From a virus, in IMG/VR virus record IMGVR_UViG_3300032677_001293: DNA of 64,000 bases. The stretch is one strand, 5' to 3'. Position numbers and translations under genes: made by a program. The notes under the pieces were generated by a model. It did not search any database. It was not told where the DNA came from and worked only from the letters and a program-made list of their open reading frames with translations. Of the stretch, positions 59,206 through 64,000 are shown in pieces. The stretch's first letter is position 1. Each line of letters begins with the position of its first letter.

Positions 59206-60195
59206 ATGGCATCATTAGCAGAAATCAGAGCCCGCTTACAAGCGGCAGAAGGTAATAAACAAGGCGGTAATTCACAAGGCGACCAAGCAATTTATCCACA
59301 TTGGTCAATTGACGAAGGTCAAAATGCCACACTCCGCTTCCTCCCAGACGGTAATACAAAAAACACATTCTTTTGGCAAGAACGAGCAATGATTCGTTTA
59401 CCATTTAGTGGTGTTAAGGGAGAATTAGAATCCAAACAAGTACAAGTTCGTGTTCCATGCGTTGAGATGTGGGGCGAGACTTGCCCAATCTTGTCAGAAG
59501 TACGCACATGGTTTAAAGATCCAGCGTTGGAAGATATGGGTCGTAAGTATTGGAAAAAGCGTGATTACATTTTCCAAGGCTTTGTTCGTGAGAACCCATT
59601 GTCAGATGACAAGGCTCCAGAAAATCCAATTCGCCGTTTCATTATCGGCCCACAAATCTTCACACTTATCAAAGGTGCGTTGATGGATCCAGAGTTGGAA
59701 GAATTACCAACAGACTATTTAAAAGGTCTTGACTTCCGTATCTCTAAAGGTAGCAAAGGCGGCTTCGCTGACTATTCAGGCTCTAAGTGGGCTCGTAAAG
59801 AATCAGCACTAACAGAAGCTGAACAAGCGGCTATTGAACAATATGGTTTGTTTGATTTATCAACATTCCTTCCAAAGAAACCAACTGATGTTGAGTTGAA
59901 AGTTATCAAGGAAATGTTCGAAGCATCAGTGGATGGTCAGAGCTATGATGCTGAGCGTTGGGGTCAATACTATCGTCCAGCAGGAGTAAATGCTCCGGCA
60001 GGTACTTCAGCACCAGCGGCCATAGCAGAAGATGCTCCAGTAGCTAAAGCGGTGCCAGCGCCAGTAGCTTCTAGTTTTGATGAAGAAGATGATGTTCCTG
60101 TAACAAGTGCTCCAGTTTCAACTTCTGCGGCAACTTCGGACAAAGCGCAAGATATTTTGCAAATGATTAGAGCACGTCAACAAAAGACTGTTTAA
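59206..60195 (+). CDS. Single-stranded DNA-binding protein (gp32)
   Basis: LRFLPDG, Zn-ligand PCVEMWGETCPI, K.SKGGFADY..S.W and an acidic/low-complexity tail. Confidence 0.9.
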   Translation: MASLAEIRARLQAAEGNKQGGNSQGDQAIYPHWSIDEGQNATLRFLPDGNTKNTFFWQERAMIRLPFSGVKGELESKQVQVRVPCVEMWGETCPILSEVRTWFKDPALEDMGRKYWKKRDYIFQGFVRENPLSDDKAPENPIRRFIIGPQIFTLIKGALMDPELEELPTDYLKGLDFRISKGSKGGFADYSGSKWARKESALTEAEQAAIEQYGLFDLSTFLPKKPTDVELKVIKEMFEASVDGQSYDAERWGQYYRPAGVNAPAGTSAPAAIAEDAPVAKAVPAPVASSFDEEDDVPVTSAPVSTSAATSDKAQDILQMIRARQQKTV

Positions 60196-60872
60196 TGACC
60201 GTAGCTTTTGTCTATAAATGGACTCACATACCGACCTTAAAGTGGTATGTGGGTTCCAGAACCGCCGAAGGCTGCCATCCAGATGATGGGTATATCGCAT
60301 CGGCTAAATTACTGAGAAAGCATATCTTAGAAAATAAAGAAGAGTGGAAACGAGAAGTCATCAGTATCGATAGTGTTAAAAATGTATTAGATCTAGAAAC
60401 AGAAATCTTACAAATGTTTGACGCAAGACACGATCCTAGAAGTTGGAATCGACACAACAATGATGGCATAATCGTAATCACAGGCGATAAAAATCCAATG
60501 AAAGATCCAGAAGTGGCACAACTAGTAGCAAATGCTATTCGTGGTGATAATCACTGGACCCACAACTTAGATGGTAAAGAACATCCGCAAAGAGGACAAA
60601 AGCGACCAACAATAACGGGCGACAATCATCCAAATAAAGATCCAATAAATGCTGCTAAGATTAGTAAAAGTCATACAGGTAAACGACATGAATACATGGA
60701 CGGCAAAAAAAATATTATGCATCGTGAAGAAGTATTAGCGCAATTATCGGGCGGCAATCATTGGGTGAATAAAATTGAAAACCGGTTGACTTGTGAACAT
60801 TGCGGCATTACAATAATGAAAAGCAATTACACTCGTTGGCACAGCAAGAATTGTAAATTTAAAAAGGAATAA
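60195..60872 (+). mobile_element. Seg-like GIY-YIG homing endonuclease
   Basis: FVYKW...WYVGSR...DDGY..S...E...N.HN catalytic domain, GDxN/H repeats and C-terminal CxxC..RWH. Confidence 0.75.
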
Positions 60873-60874
60873 AA

Positions 60875-61933
60875 ATGGCTAAACCTTACGACTTCAGTAA
60901 GTTCAGGAAAGATATTACAAAATCTATTGACGGAATGTCAATTGGATTTAACGATCCAACAGATTGGGTTAGTACTGGCAATTTTGCTTTGAACTATCTC
61001 ATCTCAGGAGACTTTAACAGAGGAATTCCTTTGGGTAAAGTAACAGTATTCGCAGGTGAATCGGGCGCAGGTAAGAGTTATATCTGTTCTGGTAACATTG
61101 TAAAGAACGCACAAGACCAAGGTATTTTCGTAGTATTAATTGATACAGAAAATGCGCTAGATGAAAAATGGTTACACAATCTAGGCGTCGATACAAGTGA
61201 AAGCAAATTGCTTAAACTTAACATGGCTATGATTGATGACGTGGCTAAAACAATTTCAACCTTTATGCAAGATTACAAAACATTACCAGACGGCGAGCGT
61301 CCAAAGGTATTGTTTGTAGTTGACTCATTGGGTATGTTGTTGACTCCAACTGACGTTAATCAGTTTGAAGCTGGCGATATGAAAGGTGACATGGGTCGTA
61401 AACCTAAGGCACTTACAGCGTTAGTTCGTAACTCAGTTAACTTCTTTGGTAGCTTTAACGTTGGTATGGTATGTACTAACCATACATACGCTTCACAAGA
61501 TATGTTCGATCCAGATGATAAAATCTCAGGCGGACAAGGCTTTATCTACGCATCAAGTATTGTTGTTGCTATGAAGAAAATGAAGCTCAAAGAAGACGAA
61601 GACGGTAACAAGATTAGCGATGTTATGGGTATTCGTGCTGGGTGTAAAGTAATGAAAACTCGTTATGCTAAACCTTTTGAAGGAATGCAAATTAAGATTC
61701 CTTATGAAACAGGTATGAATCCGTACAGCGGTATGGTGGACTTAGCTGAAAAGCGTGGCTTGCTCAAGAAAGAAGGCAACAGTTTAGTATTCGTATCGTC
61801 AGATGGCGAAGTTATTAAACAGTTCCGTAAAAAATGGGAAGCTAATGAAGATGGTTGCTTGGATAAAATCATGGCAGACTTCGGAAAACCAGCAGAAACA
61901 GTAAGTACTGATGACACAGTAACGGAGGAATAA
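60875..61933 (+). CDS. uvsX: RecA-like recombinase UvsX
   Basis: Walker A AGESGAGKS, IDTENALD, VVDSLGML and NHTY...SGGQG motifs. Confidence 0.95.
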   Translation: MAKPYDFSKFRKDITKSIDGMSIGFNDPTDWVSTGNFALNYLISGDFNRGIPLGKVTVFAGESGAGKSYICSGNIVKNAQDQGIFVVLIDTENALDEKWLHNLGVDTSESKLLKLNMAMIDDVAKTISTFMQDYKTLPDGERPKVLFVVDSLGMLLTPTDVNQFEAGDMKGDMGRKPKALTALVRNSVNFFGSFNVGMVCTNHTYASQDMFDPDDKISGGQGFIYASSIVVAMKKMKLKEDEDGNKISDVMGIRAGCKVMKTRYAKPFEGMQIKIPYETGMNPYSGMVDLAEKRGLLKKEGNSLVFVSSDGEVIKQFRKKWEANEDGCLDKIMADFGKPAETVSTDDTVTEE

Positions 61934-61935
61934 GA

Positions 61936-62193
61936 ATGTCAGTAGATTTAGCAAAAGAAATTTATAACGAACTAAAGCGTTTTGTAAACGTAGTGGATCG
62001 CGATGAAGCCGCAGAAACATTAGTAGCAGTACTAATTGATAACGATATTGATGCGGACGATATCAAAGATACATTTAAATCTGAGTCAGAAGTTAAACGA
62101 GCTCTTACAAGTTATCTTAAAGATCATCAAGATGATGAAGATGATGATGAGGAAGACTTTGAATACGATGACAACGAGAACGAAGACTATTAA
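61936..62193 (+). CDS. Small acidic hypothetical protein
   Basis: SD GGAGG upstream; D/E-rich C-terminal tail. Confidence 0.7.
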   Translation: MSVDLAKEIYNELKRFVNVVDRDEAAETLVAVLIDNDIDADDIKDTFKSESEVKRALTSYLKDHQDDEDDDEEDFEYDDNENEDY

Positions 62194-62645
62194 TGTGGTA
62201 TAGTCGTGTAACAGCCGATTTGGGTGCGATACCAGATTTTATTGCACACTATGAAACTGAACTCGAAGATGCTAAACGGGAATGCCGGGTAGGTGGTTTG
62301 ATTGAAAAAAATATTACTGCTTTACCTGGTATTACTGAACACAGGTTCAATCAGCTTCAAGAAATTGAAGCGGTATTGAATTATCTTAATATACAATTAC
62401 GCAAAATTCGTCGTAAGCATTTTCAAAAGTATTTGGAAGGATATGCTCGTGCGTTAACTAGTCGCGATGCTGAAAAATATGTAGATGGTGAAGACGAAGT
62501 TATTGATTTCGAAACACTCATCAATGAAGTAGCATTGTTACGCAATCGCTATCTCGGTATTATGAAAGCTATGGAATCTAAAAACTTTATGTTAGGTCAT
62601 ATTGTTAGACTCAGAGCAGCAGGAATGGAAGATATACAGGTATAA
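62193..62645 (+). CDS. uvsY: Recombination mediator UvsY
   Basis: Helical protein with 'YLE.Y.RAL.SRDAEKYVDGE'; lies downstream of uvsX. Confidence 0.75.
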   Translation: MWYSRVTADLGAIPDFIAHYETELEDAKRECRVGGLIEKNITALPGITEHRFNQLQEIEAVLNYLNIQLRKIRRKHFQKYLEGYARALTSRDAEKYVDGEDEVIDFETLINEVALLRNRYLGIMKAMESKNFMLGHIVRLRAAGMEDIQV

Positions 62646-62646
62646 A

Positions 62647-63399
62647 ATGTTTAGAAACGAAGACGAAGCACATCAACATAGTTTACAGATTCTCAATCAC
62701 TTAGCCCAATATGAAGATTTTATGATGTCTATTAAGACATTAGCTGATATTGGGTGTGGCACTGGTCGAGATTTAGAATGGTGGGCCACTAGAACTACAA
62801 GCGGAGATAGACCTTCACCTCTCAATATACAATGTCAAGGTATAGATATTGTAGAGAGTTTGCCAATGGCACATCAATATACCAATATCACTTATCAGAA
62901 AGTAGATTTTGAATCAAGTATCTATCCACCGCCTGATAAATTTGATGTATTGTGGTGTCATAATTCATTTCAATATGCGCTCAATCCAATTCAAACATTA
63001 ATCAATTGGCGAGACATTACTTCGCCTGGGGCTATGTTAGCCTTGGCCATCCCACAAACAACTAATATACATCATAAAGATTTAGATTTTAGTCAACAGG
63101 ATGGATGTTACTATCACTATACTTTAGTTAACTTAATTCATATGTTAGCGGTAGCAGGGTGGGATTGTAAATCTGGATTTTTTAAACGAGATCCTATTGA
63201 TAATTGGTTATATGTTGTGGTGTACAAAAGCGAAACGGCTCCCTTTGATCCTAAAACTGTTCGTTGGTACGACTTAGTTGACGCTAAACTATTACCTGAT
63301 TCTGCTGATAAATCAGTATTGGCAAGAGGCTATTTGCATCAGCAAGATTTAGTCCTGCCTTGGCTAGACAAGAGTTTAACTTGGTTGGGCGCACAGTAA
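62647..63399 (+). CDS. Class I SAM-dependent methyltransferase
   Basis: LADIGCGTG motif I and FDVLWCHNSFQY. The ATG at 62647 follows the uvsY stop. Confidence 0.85.
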   Translation: MFRNEDEAHQHSLQILNHLAQYEDFMMSIKTLADIGCGTGRDLEWWATRTTSGDRPSPLNIQCQGIDIVESLPMAHQYTNITYQKVDFESSIYPPPDKFDVLWCHNSFQYALNPIQTLINWRDITSPGAMLALAIPQTTNIHHKDLDFSQQDGCYYHYTLVNLIHMLAVAGWDCKSGFFKRDPIDNWLYVVVYKSETAPFDPKTVRWYDLVDAKLLPDSADKSVLARGYLHQQDLVLPWLDKSLTWLGAQ

Positions 63400-63425
63400 T
63401 TCGTTGTATTAAAACAACACATTTG

Positions 63426-63449
63426 ACCCCCGTTTTTAGGGGGTTTTTT
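63426..63449 (+). terminator. Rho-independent terminator
   Basis: ACCCCC-gttttta-GGGGGT followed by TTTTT. Confidence 0.8.
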
Positions 63450-63454
63450 GTAGG

Positions 63455-63483
63455 TTGACGAATAATTGCCATTTTGCTATACT
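63455..63483 (+). promoter_or_regulatory. Sigma70 early promoter
   Basis: TTGACG-17 nt-TATACT with an extended -10 TG. Confidence 0.8.
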
Positions 63484-63518
63484 ATTAACATAGTAAACAA
63501 TTAAGCAAAGGAAATAAT

Positions 63519-63686
63519 ATGTCAGTATATAATGTAACTTACACAGTATATCGCCCAGGTAGTGGTGAAGTTTTAAGCGAAGGCACTATGCCTATTAACA
63601 CTAGTTCAGCTTATATGGCTGAACAAACAGTTAAAACTATGTTTGGCTCCGCAGAAGTGGTAATTCGTTATACCAATCCTGCTTAG
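63519..63686 (+). CDS. 55-aa early protein (absent from the ORF track)
   Basis: SD AAGGA; translates MSVYNVTYTVYRPGSGEVLSEG...VIRYTNPA*. Confidence 0.7.
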   Translation: MSVYNVTYTVYRPGSGEVLSEGTMPINTSSAYMAEQTVKTMFGSAEVVIRYTNPA

Positions 63687-63715
63687 TTGACAATAAATTG
63701 TTTTTACAATATAAT
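63687..63715 (+). promoter_or_regulatory. Consensus sigma70 early promoter
   Basis: TTGACA-17 nt-TATAAT. Confidence 0.9.
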
Positions 63716-63749
63716 AGTTACTTAAAATATAAAAGTAGGAGCTAAAAGT

Positions 63750-64000
63750 ATGGCAAAGGTATTAATTAAAAATGGTGTGTATCGCAATATGCCAGTTCAA
63801 AATGTTGCGTTCACTTTAGTAAAAGATTTTCAAACAGGCGCCAAAGGAGGCTATGTGACAGTAAAATCAGATGGCTTTTTTGGTCCAGAGTATGACGATG
63901 TTCGTGTTAAAATAAATGGAATCGACGATGTAGAATTTGTTGTCGACGGCGAATATTCTCCTTATGTTCCTCAGACAACTTTTAAAGAAATTGCTCAAGC
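63750..64000 (+). CDS. Early protein, 3'-truncated by the window edge
   Basis: SD AGGAG; MAKVLIKNGVYRNMPVQNV... stays open to the end of the window. Confidence 0.7.
   Translation, partial: MAKVLIKNGVYRNMPVQNVAFTLVKDFQTGAKGGYVTVKSDGFFGPEYDDVRVKINGIDDVEFVVDGEYSPYVPQTTFKEIAQ

Noticed and set aside
55193-61933. Introns or inteins in terL or uvsX
   Set aside because: Both are contiguous and of normal length (520 and 352 aa); the endonucleases here are free-standing between genes.
1-64000. Alternative genetic code (stop-codon reassignment), as in some jumbo phages
   Set aside because: Core genes are full length in the standard code, and TAA, TGA and TAG all appear as stops.
1-64000. tRNA or rRNA genes
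   Set aside because: No cloverleaf or T-loop (GTTCGA) context was seen in the short intergenic regions; a tRNAscan run would confirm.

Overview
This 64 kb AT-rich window is part of a T4-like jumbo myovirus genome read in the standard genetic code; the host cannot be determined from it. Positions 1-33.8 kb hold a large late-expressed fibre/adhesin cluster: a BNR beta-propeller, a beta-helix protein, four giant Gly/Asn/Thr/Ser-rich fibres of 1449-2221 aa, and a Gly-rich tip adhesin. The fibre genes lie between a TPR-glycosyltransferase and a Maf/DUF115-like glycosyltransferase-fold gene next to a Nudix hydrolase. Positions 34.7-59 kb hold neck, tail and packaging genes (gp15, gp14, gp13, sheath gp18, tube gp19, gp4, terminase), head internal proteins and a secreted NucA-type nuclease. 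Positions 59-63.4 kb hold gp32 SSB, uvsX, uvsY and a methyltransferase, and four free-standing homing endonucleases are scattered through the window. The most interesting signals are: (1) head-targeted mosaic polyproteins whose modules are bounded by Glu cleavage-like sites; (2) a possible virion-fibre glycosylation system; (3) about ten apparently leaderless genes plus two AUU starts; (4) an H-type pseudoknot and GGCA(A/T)C repeats in the gp32 leader; (5) paired modules suggesting the fibres dock end to end. No CRISPR array, tRNA or reverse transcriptase was seen. All calls come from reading the sequence by eye; no database search was run.
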